DNA of 63,646 nucleotides from Hyphochytrium catenoides (Eukaryota > Protista > Hyphochytriomycota), in assembly GCA_900088475.1 (NCBI GenBank), contig FLMG01001735.1, forward strand, positions 1 through 63,646, in the 5' to 3' direction. Numbering within the stretch: the stretch's first letter is position 1; each line of letters starts with the position of its first letter. The notes beneath the pieces were generated by a model. That model made no database searches, was not told where the DNA came from, and worked only from the letters and a program-made list of their open reading frames with translations. A program made the position numbers and the translations under genes. Below, in pieces: positions 1-12,900 of the stretch.

Positions 1-98
1 TTTCTCTCTTCTCTTTATCTGTCTCTCTCTGTCTCTCCCTGTCTTTCTCTCTCTTCTCTCCCCTGTATCTGACCTTCTTCCCTTAATGTCCGTTACAG

Positions 99-166
99 AA
101 GAGGCCGCTAACGACTTATTGAAGAAAAAAAAAGGAATCCTTCACCTGGGGGAGTTCTCGTCTTGA
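99..166 (+). CDS. Probable terminal exon of a gene starting left of the window (EAANDLLKKKKGILHLGEFSS*)
   Basis: CT-rich intron-like tract (1-98) with ctgac and a tacAG acceptor at 97-98, then an open frame to TGA at 164-166. No homology recognised. Confidence 0.3.
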
Positions 167-199
167 AGTGGGACGACATAGAGCGACAGAGCAAGAGAG

Positions 200-230
200 A
201 CAGTCTCAATGGAGAGAGGAGAGGAAGTGA

Positions 231-265
<35 letters not shown>

Positions 266-715
266 GGCAAGAGAGAGGGCACGCGACGGCAAGAGCGAGA
301 GAGCGAGAGAATAGAAAGCGTCAGAGAGCGGAAGAGCGAGAGAGAGAGAGAGAGAGAGACAGAGAGAGAGAGGTCTCAATAAGAGTGGTCTAACCCAGGA
401 GGAGGAAAAGAGAGAGCACACACGCAAGAGAGGGACATAGGGAGAGGATGTAGGGGAGAGAGGCAAGATCAGAGGGGAAAGCGAGGAAGAGATGTTGGTC
501 AGTGATGGAAGTGAAGAGAGACAAGCCGATGATGTGAAGTGCATCTCGCTCAGCGACGGCGCGGGAACTCATTAGAGCCAAGCAGTGAGCAAAGAGACTA
601 GAATAGAATAGCCCAGAGAGAGAGAGAGAGAGAGAGAGAGCGGGAGAGAGAGAGAGGGGGGTAAGAAGAGAATACAGAGAGAAAGAGACAGAGCGAGACA
701 AAGAGAGAGAGGAGA
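200..715. repeat. (GA)n-rich microsatellite region upstream of the RhoGEF gene
   Basis: Long perfect and imperfect GA runs; source of the ERERER/LSLSLS ORFs. Confidence 0.9.
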
Positions 716-860
716 GCTCTCCTTTGGACTCTTGTAGCAAGCTCTCTTCTTCTCATCCGATCTACTTAGTGCTGCCAGGGCGCCGAGAAGTTGGGCTGAG
801 CTCCTCTGCCGCCTCTCTCCAGCTCCTCAGTCTCTCCTGCTGCCGTTCTCTCTCGGCACA

Positions 861-3175
861 ATGGTGGAGAGCTCTAAAAGTAAACCAAGCCCTGGGGAGG
901 AGAAGCTCTCCTGCAGAATGTCTGGTGACCTTCGCAAGGATGAGCTGGTCAGCTGCACTAGCCGACAGCCGATTTCGCTTGCCTCCTATCTGCGCCGCTT
1001 TTTTCTTTTCTTTGCTTCTCCTCTGCCCTCTGCTCTCTCTTTTCGTCTCTCCGTCTCGTTTATGTGTTTTGTTCTCTCTCTTTCTCTCTCTCATTCTCCC
1101 TCTCTCTCTTATTTTGTGCTCTCTCTTCGCGCTCTCTCTCTTTATCATTCTCTCCCTCTTTGCACTCTGTCTCTAGGGCCTGATTATATACACTTTCACC
1201 CTTACTCGCCTCCACTGTCAGCCTAATCCCCCGACATGGCTGTGCTTCCTCTTCTCTGATGTGTCTCGCCCATAGCTAGCAAGCGCTCACTTGAGTCCTC
1301 TTTCTCTTTCTCCATCTGCCATTTCTCTCTCACCCTCTTGCTCTCTCTCTCTCTCTCTCTCCCCTCCTCAGAGCAATCAAGGAACTCCTGAAGCAGAGGA
1401 CGGGGCCTGTGGCTCTGCTGCCGAGGTGGCAGAGTCCTTGAGAGTGCTAGAGCAGCAGAGAGCGGTGAAAGAAGAGTATAAGTCAATCATTCAATCTGTT
1501 ACAAAGAGCGAAGGTACAGAAGAAGCAGAAGAGAGAGAAGGAGATGACTTCTCTCTCTCTTCTTCAAGCACACAACGAGTTCAAAGGGCTCGTCTCTCGT
1601 CTCGAGCTCTTCTGCGTCAGCTTTCTACCCGCCTGCGGAAGAGTGACCCAGATCTTGTGTCTCTCCGGCAGCTGTACGGCCCCAGTCAGGCAGTGGAGGG
1701 GATCCGGCCCATCCTCCAAGAGATTCTCTCTTCAGAAAGAGTCTTTGTGGGTGAGACACAGCGCACGCTTTTCCCATCTCTCTCTCTCTCTTATTTATCT
1801 TACCCTCCCTCCCTCCTACGCTCGCTTAGTACTGAGGGCAGGGACAGCGCGTCCTCTCTCTCTTCCTCTGCGTCCGTATCACTTCGTTTCACTACCTACC
1901 CCATACTGTCCCTGCTTGAGCCTAACGAACCTCTCTCTCTTTCTCTTTCTCTCTCTTCTCTCTCTTCCTTCTTCCCTCTCCTATTTTCTCCTCACACGTG
2001 ACTCTACGTTGTACGTTCTGAAGAGAGATTAAGGCTCTTTAGGAATTGTTACTACCTTCCGCTGGAATACTCTCTCTCTCCCTCAATCAGATCTGTCCTT
2101 CGCGTCCCCGAGCTCGCGATTTCCTTTGTTTTGCTGGATCAGATCCTGGACCAGAGCTCTCTCTTCTTAGACGAGTTAGAAAACGTCCTCTCTTCTGTCG
2201 CCCAACGTCTCTCTTTCCAGTCTCTCCCACTGAAATCCAAAGAGAAAGGCTTAGATACAGATGCTCCTGAGGAGGACGAGAGACAGAACCAAGAAGAGTT
2301 AGAAAGAGAAGAAAGAGATCTGTTAGAAGTGGGATATAGAGAAGATAAAGGGAGAGACGACAGTGTATCCCCGCCAGATGTCCAAGGAGAAACAGCGAAG
2401 CAGAGAGAGGAACTCCAGAAATGCGTGGAGAGAGTCCTTGGTCTCTTCTCTCTCTGGGCGCCGCACTTCAGAAGCTTTGGAGAGTTTGCAGCACGCCACG
2501 AAGAAGCTCGGGCAAAGCTCCAGGAACAGAGTGTTCATTCTCCTTCTCTCTCTTCCTTTTTGAGAGAGCAGGCGGGGAAGCTAGGAGGCTTGACNNNNNN
2601 NNNNNNNNNNNNNNNNNNNNNNNNNNNNNNNNNNNNNNNNNNNNNNNNNNNNNNNNNNNNNNNNNNNNNNNNNNNNNNNNNNNNNNNNNNNNNNNNCTCT
2701 CTCTGTCTTTATCTTATCTTTTCTCTCCCCTGTTGTTCGGGTATCTTTTCCCTATTCCTCTGTTCCTCTCTCTTTCCCAGACCCTCTCTTTTTTTGTCTC
2801 TCAGCTCGTTCTTCTCTCCCGCTGTCCCTCTCTTCCTAGCTGACTCACAAACCTTTTCACACAGCGCCTTCCTCGCTATGTCCTTTTGCTAAGAGAGCTA
2901 GAGAAGCGCAAGGAAGAGCTGCTGCCATCCTCTCTCTCGCCACTGAAGGAGGCGCTGAGAGGCATGGAAGGAGCGGTGCAAGCAGTAAACGATGCGGTCA
3001 GAAAGAGAGAGGACAAGCTGAAGATGATAGACTTGCAGGGGAGATTCCTCGCAGGTAGAGACGGCTCAGAGAGAAGCATTGGCTCAAAGCTGAGAGGAAG
3101 GCATTGAGAGATTGCATAGCGTTGTCACTTGATATTATGGCGAGGAGAAAGAGGAAGAGAGAGAGAGAGGGAGGG

Positions 3176-3211
<36 letters not shown>

Positions 3212-6200
3212 GATCCACCCTATGCCCTCAATGCCTGTTCAAAAGCTGTTAATGCCCATAAACGTTTAGCGTTGGCTGATATCTTCTTCACTTCTTGGCG
3301 TCTACTGGTCTGCCCCATCCCTCTATGCAGTTCAGCTGTCTACTCTGCTATTCGTCCTTTCATTGACTCCCCATCGTTCTCTCTTTACCTTTGTCTCTCT
3401 TTCCATGGCTGTGGCCTCTCCGTCCCTTCTTTTCCTGAGTCTCTCCCATGGCCAAACTCTATTCAAAGTTCCTGACCATTTGTTCACTTTCTCCACTCTT
3501 CTTTCCTTCTCTCTTTGTCTCTCTCTCTCTCTTTGTTTCCCCTATCTTTCAATATCTCTGGATCTCATTGTGGCTCTCTCTCTCTCTCTTTGTCTCTCTC
3601 TCTCTAGGCGCACTTTCTAGCATTCCTGTTCTGCTGGTGCCGGGCCGCAACCTCATTCATGAAGGCTTCCTGACGAAGGTTAGGAGGAGATCTGCAGGTA
3701 TAGCGACAGAGAGAGGCTTACACGCTTGCCCTGTCTTTCTTCTTTCTCTTCCAAAGAATTTTCGGCTTCCTTTTATTCCTCTTTGTCTTGTTCTATCTTC
3801 TCTCTCTCTCTTGCCTTCTCTCTCCTCAACGCACTTCTAGTATGGCTCTAAGGATGAGAGGGCTGGGGTTCATCATCTCTCTCCCTCTCTTCTTACCTCT
3901 CTCCTGCCTGATCTTTAGGCAAGCGCAACAGCCATCGCGCCTACTATTTCCACCTCTTCTCTGACCTACTGATCTATAGCGAGATCAAGGACGGAGAGAA
4001 GTTTTATCCGCATCAGCTCCTTCCTTTGGACAGAGGCGAGGTAAGAAGAAGGAGATAGAAAAAGGCGTCATATGGGCCCGACGTTCGCTCTCTCTCTCTT
4101 TGATAGAACTAATTCTCTTGCCTCTTCTTTTCTCTCTCTCTCTCTCTCTTTCTCCTCTCTGTGTCTCTCTCTCTCTCCGCCCCGTCATCTCTCCCAGGTA
4201 TCAGTCAGTGAAGCTCCTGACACTGGCAGCATCCGCAATGCCTTCCAGGTGACCACAACCTTGAAGAGTGTTCTTCTCTACGCAGAAAATAAGAGAGAGA
4301 AAGAGACATGGATCTCTCTCATTTGCCGGGCGATCAATGGCTGTCATAGCGCGACGCCTAGCGACATCAAGAGCTCGTTGTCTTCTGCTGGCTCCTCACA
4401 GCGTCTCTCTTCGGGCTCTGCCGCTTCTAGCATCTCCAGTATTGCTGATGAAGAGGGAGATAAGGAATCGAGAAGCTCCGTGAGCAGCGCAAGCCTTAAG
4501 GCTCCTCTCTCTCCAGAGCAAAGCAAGGAGAAAATCACGGTAGGCCCTCCGTTTTCACTCTGTCCGCTCTACGTTCTCCCTCGTTCCTAAAAGAGCTAGC
4601 ATTCTTTCCTTCGCGCTCTGTCCTATGCCCTTTCTGGCTCTCTTTTTCTCTCACTCATTGCCTCTCTCTGTCTATCATATCTCTCTAGCATCTTTGGCCA
4701 TGCTTTCTCGCCTTCCCCTCACCTCTTGTCCATTATGATGTACCTTCCCCCACCGCTAAATCGCTGCCTCTCTCTCTGTCTCTGTCTGTCTCTGTCTGTC
4801 TCTCTCCGTCTCTCTCTGTCTCTCTGTCTCTCTCTCTCTCTGAATCACCTCCCTGTTTCTCCCTGCTCTCTCTTTTCCTGTCTTTCACCCTTCATTACCT
4901 CCCTATGTCTTTTGTGTCTCTCATCAATTCATATCCTCTCACAATGTTTTGGCTATATTAGGCTATCGAAGCCGCGTTCTCTTCAAACTCTTCTTCTCGT
5001 TCCTTTCTTCGCCTTCCGGCACTTTCTTCTCTCTCTTGCCATCGTCTGTTTGTTCGAGAAGGACCTCTCTTTGTCATTCAGAAGGATGGGCCGAAGATGC
5101 ATCAATTCTTCCTTCTCTCTGACTGCCTTGTCCACGGCGAAGTTGTGGGCAGTAACCGGTACAAGCACCAAGGGACGATATTGCTGAAGGATGTAGAGGT
5201 ATTGGGACTGGATTTCTCTCCTTGGTATCTTTTCTCTTCTTGTCTCTTCTCTCCTGCTCTTTCCCTCATTCCTCCCTCCCAGTCTCTCCTTCGCTCTCGT
5301 TACCTCTCTCTATTCAGCTCTAGACACTCTCCCTTTGGGCCTCTGCGCCCAACTGCGGCGCCGCAAGCCTCGGTGTTTCTCCGCTTCTGCTAGTTTGAAC
5401 GTTTCTCTCCGCGTATGCGTCTTCCACCTGACCCTTGGCCCGTTCTGGTAGATTCTTAGGAGGCGAGAGATGCCTGACAATGTGTATGCCTTTGAGATTT
5501 TGGAGAAGCACGGTGCGTTCTCCTGACCCAGTGACAAGCCCTGCTCCGCCCGCGTCTTCCTCCTCTTGATCTTCTGCTCTCAATTCTGAAAGTGCTCTCT
5601 CTCTCTCGCTCTCGCTCTTTTCCATCCCTTATCGATGCGCGCAAATCTCTCTCTCTCTCTCTCTCTTATCCTTCTGCTCTCCTTTTGCCAACTATCATCT
5701 CTCAATCTTCTTACTCTGGACAGGGAAAGAGCGGCGTTCATTGCTTGTCTGTGCGATGACCTGGGTGGCGCAGCAAGAGTGGATAGCTGATATTTCTCAG
5801 TGGGTAGAGCAGTGCTCGAGGGACCAGCAATTTGTGAGCCTCCTCGCTCGTTCTCCGTCTTTCTGTCTCTCCGTCTACCTCTCATTCTCTACTCTCTCTC
5901 TCTACCTTTCCTCTTTCTCGCTCTCTCTCCCCCTGTTCTTTCTCTCTCTCTCTCATTTACCTCCATCATATTGTACGATCCTTCTCTTTGTTAGGTTCTC
6001 AGGCTCCATCACATAACTGTATCTCTGTCTCCCTCTCTCTCTCGTGAGATGTCCTTTCGCCTTCTAGGCTTTCCTTGTGCCCTAAGACCCTAGGCTTTCC
6101 TCCTTATCTCTTCCATGTCTTTTCTCTCCATTCTTTCGCGTTCTTCTTACCTGTTTTTTCGCTGATCCTTCCTCGACCACCCTGTCTACTTGCAGATGGA

Positions 6201-9200
6201 ACCCACCACAGAGCTCCACTCTCAGGCTTCTGCAAGCAAGCTGCTGGAGAGAGAAGGACCAGACCAGGGCAGCGGACTCTCTCCCCCTCTTTCTCTGCGT
6301 GGAGCCCCTCAGAATGGGGAGAGAGTAGCAAGCACAGAGAAGAAAAAGCGAAGAAGGGCAAAGATTGAGAAGCCCAAGCTGAGACCGGCACCACCGCCTC
6401 CGCCGAGGGATGAGCCTTTGGAGCCTTGTGAGTCACCGCTGCCTTTATGGCCATGCTTCCTCAGCTTCTTCTCCTCTACTCTGTCTTTTTATCTCTTTCC
6501 TCTCTCTCTCTTCTCTCCTTCTCTTTGTTCTCTCTATCCCTATCTCTCTGGTGCCCTCCGTCTCACTCTATTTCTCTCTCTCTCTCTCTCGTCCGAGTTT
6601 GCTTCTCTCTCTCTCTTTCTTTTTTTCTCTCTGCTGGGTCTATCTTTCTCCCTCTTTCACTCTCTAGCAATCTCTCCCTCTTTTCTTTCCCTCTATCTCA
6701 TGTCGCTTGCCGCTCGCCTTGCTTCGCTCCACTTCGCCCGGCGCCAGGTACTCTAGCTAACACTCCGCACTCATGTCTTTGTATATTGCCATCCCAACAG
6801 CCTCAAGAGAAGAGTTGGGTCTGAAGGCTTTGAGTGACAAGATCTACGACGCTCTCTGCGCCTCTTCCTCAGCTACAGTCTGTTCCCGGCCTTCCCAAAC
6901 CTTAGACCTGACGTCCACTTCTCTCTCACGTTCTCTTGGGTCCCTCCTCCCTGTTCCGGAAGAGAGACATCGCTCTGTCATTGATCTTCTATCTTTTGCA
7001 GCGGTTCTGGCCAGCGTCCGCTTCATCAATGGCTCTCTCTCTTCACCGTCCCAGTTTGAGACCATCTCTAAGCTCGCGGAACTTATAAACAGCAGAGCAG
7101 TCAAAGGAAGAGAGACATTGAAGGGCAGAGCCACCCAGCGACAGAACGGAGAAAGAGACCCGAACGTGAGCTCGAATGACAGAGAGAGCTGTGAGAGAAG
7201 CAGTGATAATCTTCCCATTGAAGAGGTTGTCCTACAGAATAGTAAGACAGCTAAGCAAGAGAGAGACAGCGACGAGAATTCACTCGAAGACAGAGATCGT
7301 TTTTCTTCTTCTCTATCTCTCTCACCCTCTCCTGCTGACAGCCGCGAAGGACAGCACGAAATGGCATCGCCGATGGCCGAGACCTTCCCAAGACATCTCT
7401 TTCCTGACGTCCTCGACGTGGGAGAAAGAAAAACTTACAGCGAAAAAGCGGCCACCGAAGAAAAAATGGAGACAAGCGAGAAAACCTCTTCTTCCTCTGC
7501 GCTCGATGAGAAACAGTCGGAGAGTCTCTCAACTCTGGTCCTCAAGAGAGAAGAAAAGGGAGATGCTCTTTCCATGGTAACGGACCAAGAAAACGAGCTG
7601 GAGAAGCCCTTGAGCCAGTCAACCACTGAAGAGCTCACCACCAGTTCACCCGAGAGACTGAAGGAAAAAGAGAAAAAAAGAGAGACAGAGGACATTGTAG
7701 ACATACAAGAGACAGGCAAACAAGAGAAAGGAGAGGCTGACGTTGCCAACAGTAAAGAAGATAAGGAAGATTGTGACAGAGCAGGAAAACGAGGCCACAC
7801 GGATGAGAAAGAGCAGCAGCTGATTAGTGTACAGTTGGGAAAGAGAGAGATGGAGAGAGAGAAAGAAGAAGGTTTCCCTATCCTAGGAGCGGCCTGGGCG
7901 AGGATGCATCTCATCCTCAGCACTTTCCTAGAGCGTTGCAGCGACTTAGAGACTCCAGAAGAAGTCTCTCTCTCTCTCTCTTCCTCCTCTTCCTCGTCCG
8001 CCCCCTCTTCATCGCTGGTGAAAGAGTTGATCGAAGTTGAAGGGACAGAAGAACTACGGAGCAGAGTTCTTCCAAGCTGCACGATTGTGCACATCTACGC
8101 CTATCTTTGCTCCTCTCTTTTCCATGGGAAAGGCACTCTCTTTCCGGCCTCTCTTCGCCCTCAGCTGTTTGCCTGGCACAAAGAGTACAAGCGAGAAATG
8201 CTTGGTCTTAACTCTTTGACGTCTCTCCGCTCAAGTCTCTCTTCTCTCAGTTTCTCTTCTAAAGAAAGAGCACTTCTCATGGCATTCTTCCGGCTTCTTT
8301 ATCTGATGGAGATGCAGAAGCTTGCCCAGCCGTTATTTCTGTCTCATTACATCGTTGCTACGGAAAGCGAGGAGACAGCAGGAGATCGGCAAGAGAGAGT
8401 CCAAGAAAGAGAAGAGACACATGCGGAGACGGCGCAGACAAGAGCACAGAAGGAGGCTCTGGAGGCCTTCTTTAAATGCTGTATAGCCTCCTATGAGTGG
8501 ATCTTTCGGTGGACCGGCCCGATGCCTCCTCCGCCGCGGCAGACGAGGAAATCCAGAGAAGAAGAGAGAACGGAGAATGAGAAAGAGAATGAAGATAGAG
8601 TAAGCCAAGAGAATGGCGACGAGAAGAGGGGAACAGAAGAAGAGAAAAGCAAGCTGCATCCCAGGAAATCAAGTGCTAAAGTTCAAAGCACCAGCCTTAG
8701 TGCTTTCCTCTCTCCTTCCTCTTCTCTGCGTCCCTGTTGGTCGCCTGCCCATGGAGAGAAACAGGGAGAGATGGGAGATATCCATCACTGCCTTCCCAAA
8801 GCGCCAGATCGTCCTCCTCCTCTTCCCATTGTGACATCCTGTCTCTCTCATCCTTGCTCTCCACCTCCACTGTCAGCTACAGATGCGGTGATAGGGGAAG
8901 GTGCCTGTATGGGTGAGCTTGATAAGAATGACGAAGAGACTAGCAGACAGCGTGACGAAGAAGGAGACTCCGCTTCTGGAGGCGAGGAAGATGTCCAACA
9001 GAGCAAAGAGGACCAGGAAGGGCAAAGGAGGAGAAGGTCGAGCAGGATCCCAGTGCTGTCCCGATGGCCCCTGACGCCACCCGGCACTTCTTCTCTCTGT
9101 CACTTCTCCCGAGTCAAGCCTAGACTGTCTCTTTCTGAAACGAGGAGAGATTTTAGAGAGAGAACAGGGAGCAGGGAAGACATCCACACCCGGCAGGGCC

Positions 9201-9742
9201 GTGAAGATGAGGACTGGTCTGCAGAGAGGGAGAGAGACTGTCATGAAGCACATGATCGGGCCAATAATGAAGAGCGACAGATAGAAAGTCAGGAAGGAGA
9301 TCCCAGGCAGAGGAGATCAAGCAAAATTCCGGTGTTGGTGCGGAGAAAGAGTTCACTACGCGGCGAATGGGTTCAAGACGACGGAGACGGAGTAAGACAC
9401 AAAGACAGAGAAGCAGAGACCGAGTTTTTAGCCGAGAACGAGGAAGAGTCACATATACCCCGACCGGTTGCCTCTCCTAGCAAGGTAAGAGAGAGAATGG
9501 CCGAGCTACCAAAAGAAGCGAAGAACTTGGGAGTGGAGCGCGAAGGAGAGAGCGAGTGCCATGAAGAGAAGGAGGAAGACGGACACCGAGTCTCTCCCAG
9601 TAAGCCAAGGAGACAGGGGTCGCTCGGAGAGCGTGCGAGACCTTTCGTTCGCCACTGCTGCCGAGCAGAGGCCTCAAAGGTAGACAAGGAAGAAGAGAAC
9701 TCGAGAGAGGCGAGGAAGAGGAGCCAGAGTGTGAAGCTCTAG
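861..9742 (+). CDS. Multi-exon Dbl-family RhoGEF: DH domain, two tandem PH domains, long low-complexity C-terminus with a degenerate RhoGAP-like segment and SxIP motifs
   Basis: DH motifs: ILQEILSSERVFV (~1710), LFSLWAPHFRSFGEFAARHEEA (~2440), RLPRYVLLLREL and AVQAVNDAVRKREDKLKMIDLQ (2865-3050). PH1: GRNLIHEGFLTK / YYFHLFSDLLIYS / NAFQVTTTLKSVLLYAENKREKETWI. PH2: RLFVREGPL..HQFFLLSDCLV..YAFEILE..QQEWIADI. Splice phases join 5834>6196 and 6427>6801 into the long 989-aa ORF. ATG 861 with a phase-0 donor at ~947 fits the acceptor at 1371 (start is tentative). N-gap at 2595-2696. Confidence 0.8.
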
Positions 9743-9776
9743 TGCAAGCCGCTGTGTTGGTCAGGCATCTTTGTAC

Positions 9777-9782
9777 AATAAA
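9777..9782 (+). terminator. Possible AATAAA polyadenylation signal of the RhoGEF gene
   Basis: AATAAA about 35 nt after the TAG at 9742. Confidence 0.4.
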
Positions 9783-9956
9783 CTAAATATAAGACAGAAG
9801 TACCACATGGAGACTCACTGACCAATTCCCTTCCTCTCTGTGTCTGAAGGCGGCGCATTTAAAGAAGCCCTTCGTCTCTCTCCCTAATCCTCTCTCTTTT
9901 CTCTCTCGCGCTTTTCACTCTTCTTCCTCCCCCCATCAATTCCTCTTGCCCTATCT

Positions 9957-12900
9957 TTATTGGGATCCGAACTCATTGGCCCATTCTTGGTATCTTCCTG
10001 ACAGGTGATGTGCGGAGGGCTTGGTCCGCTTGAAAGCTTCCTGGATGTCTTCCATAGACACCGGGTCCAGCTCAGCCGATTCATCTGTAGTGAGATTTGA
10101 AGTCAGCGGCTACCGAGAGAGAGATAGAGATGAGAGGCAGACGCGAGGCTTGGAAATAAGGAAAGGCTGAAACAGAGAGAGAGAGAGACCGCCACATCCA
10201 AGGGAGAAAGAGAGCGATAGAACGGCAAGGAAAGACTTAGATGAGGAGGTTAGGAATGAAGGCTGGTTGGTTTGGACAAAGACCTGGAGACGGAGATCTA
10301 TCCTTCCGCTCATACCTGTCTCAGTGTTGAGCTCCAAATTTTCCAACTTCTGCATCAGTCGACGCACCGGTCGCATCGCAGCCTCTTTGGCCACCAGCTT
10401 GATATCAGAACCAGAGAAACCCTGAGCAAACAAGAATGCCAGGGCGTTCAAATCCTCCGTGCCGAAGAGATGTCCAACAACATAGGAATAGGAGTTGAGG
10501 GAGAGGGAGTGCTTGTACCTTGGTCATCTCTCCGAGCACCTTCCAGTCCACATCTGACGTCGCACGCTCTCCCAACAACTTCACTAGCAGCTGCTCTCTC
10601 GCGGTCGATCCAGGAAGGGGCACCAGGACCTGCATGCCACTACGTGTCATAAGGAGCTACCTTCACAGAAGGACGAAAGAGAGTAGTAGGATAGAGAGAG
10701 GGAAGACAAGGCCTGACCAGGCCGTGGGGCCGAGAGAGCGAAGAAACTCGGCAGCCTAAGGCCAATGCTGGCACAATCACTCGACAAAATGAGACGATGC
10801 ATACCCTTTTCTCTAGTCGCCTGAGCATGGCAGGATCCAGCTCCCAGGGCAGGTTGCTGGCCGCAAGTAAGAAGACGTGCTCCTTCGTCTTTGACAGTCC
10901 ATCCAACTGCAACCCCAGCAGTCGGTTTACGGCATCAGAGAGATGCGTAGATTATGGAATTAGAGAGAAGAACGACCATAAGGGAGAGGGAGATGGCAGG
11001 TCAACCATGCGAGTACTTTGGAGGAGAGAGAGGGTGCAGAGGCGTGGCAGGAAGGGGAACGAAGAATCAAGCAATCAAGAGAAAGCATAAAGAATGCAGC
11101 GTGGCAGGTAAGTAAGGGAAGTAGGCGAGACATTGCGTGCCGAGAAATAATCCGTCCACAGCTTCTTGAAGAGGGACTAGACAGCTCGAGAAGAGAGGAG
11201 AGAGGGAGAAAAATATCAAGGGAGAGGCGGCGGACAAGGGAGAGAGGGTGCTAATACCTGTATGAGTAGCTCTGTCTTCATTCTTCTGCTCGCCTCATGC
11301 TCTCCACCACCGTCAAATCCTCCTCTGGAGGTCATGATGGAGTCTATCTCGTCCAAGAATATAGTCGAAGGTGAATGGTACCTATAAGCAGAAGATGAAA
11401 GATGCGGTTGAGACGGAAGGCCCAGATGAAGATGGTAAACAGCGAAATAAAAGGCAAAAGTAGAAGGTGCAGGAGAGCAATGAAGGAAACCCCCCCGGAA
11501 AGTTAGATAAGGCAAAGTGGAGCTACTAAGAAAGCAGAAGCCATAGAAAGACGAAGAGAAGCAAAAGATGAGGCACCTGGCCAGCTCAAACAGCACTCGG
11601 ATGAGCTTCTCTGAGTCTCCTCGCCACTTGCTGACAATGGAAGATGCTGACACATTAAAGAAAGTCGTACGACACTCTGTTGCCACCGCCTGAAGATAGA
11701 GACGGAGAAACTCGGTTAGTTGAAGTGACGAAGAGAAGGACTGCCTGGACTCAGCGGATGGACAAATAACTATGGCTGGAGGTAACGAAGAAGCGGAATG
11801 AGAGAGAGGGGGAAGAAAGGAAATAGACAATGTCTCTCCTTCACCTTTGCCAGCATTGTCTTTCCTGTCCCTGGCGGCCCGTAGAGAAGGATCCCACACC
11901 TGGCGGGGAAGAAGACTACTAAGAGGCGAATTTATAACCTTGACTGAGGAAGGAATGCTTCGAACGTCATAGAAAAGCGCACCCAATAGAGGCAGGATCG
12001 AAAGGGAATGGACGAGAAAGCTCAATGACAGATGAAGAAGGAGAAAGGACGGAGCAGACTGCTGAAGATAAGAGAGAGGATTCATAGACCAGCAAGCTAG
12101 ATGCAGAACATGGGCGGAAGGCGCGCGTTGGAGTAAGATAAGAAGCCTAGTAACTGAGGAGCTACCAAGGGGACAGAAGACCGGTGAAGATCTGCGGGTA
12201 TTTAATAGGCATCACCACCGCCTCCTTGAGCAGTCTCTTGGCATCGTCTAGCTCTACCACGTCCTCCCAATGTACGTTAGGATTCGTTTGGAATATGTCT
12301 CTGAAAGAGGAAAGTTAGATGCCTCTGTAGCCTCGTGGTTTCTGTCGACAATTACATCTCTCTCTCGTTCTCTCTGGCCTTCTCTACATTTGCCGCTGTG
12401 CCTTCCCTGTGAGTCCTCGTACTCGATACAATGTCGTTGGTACTCACCGAGAGATGGTGGCCGCAAGCGCCCTCATCTCCGAGTCATAGTTGAAGCTTGG
12501 TATGGGCTTGAGGAGGCGGTCCTCAGGGCTTTCTTCCTCTGATCTACCCTCAGGCTAAAAGAGAATGGGCTTTGGGTCATTGAGGTACTCGTACTTACTC
12601 TCTCCTCCTCCTACTTCATTGTCTCGGTATGGGCCCTCCTCTCCTTGCCATCTGTGCTGCTTCTCCCGCTGTCCCTCTCTTCTTTGACACTTTACCTCCT
12701 CGACCTCAGCCTATGTCTCGTTCTGTTGGATCCTCTCATCCCTCTCGATGCGAATAGCTCTATCTGGCCCCCTTTTTACTTTACAAAGCCGCCCTCTCCT
12801 ACTAGTCATCTTTACACTCACCGTCTTCTCTTTGCGCTGAGACACCTGCACTTTCTTTCCCACTAGGCCGTCAGCGATGCCGTCGGCGCCATTCTCTGAG

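Noticed and set aside
6773-9742. 989-aa ORF as a stand-alone gene
   Set aside because: An acceptor at ~6800 is in phase with the upstream donor at ~6427, so it is best read as the last exon of the RhoGEF.
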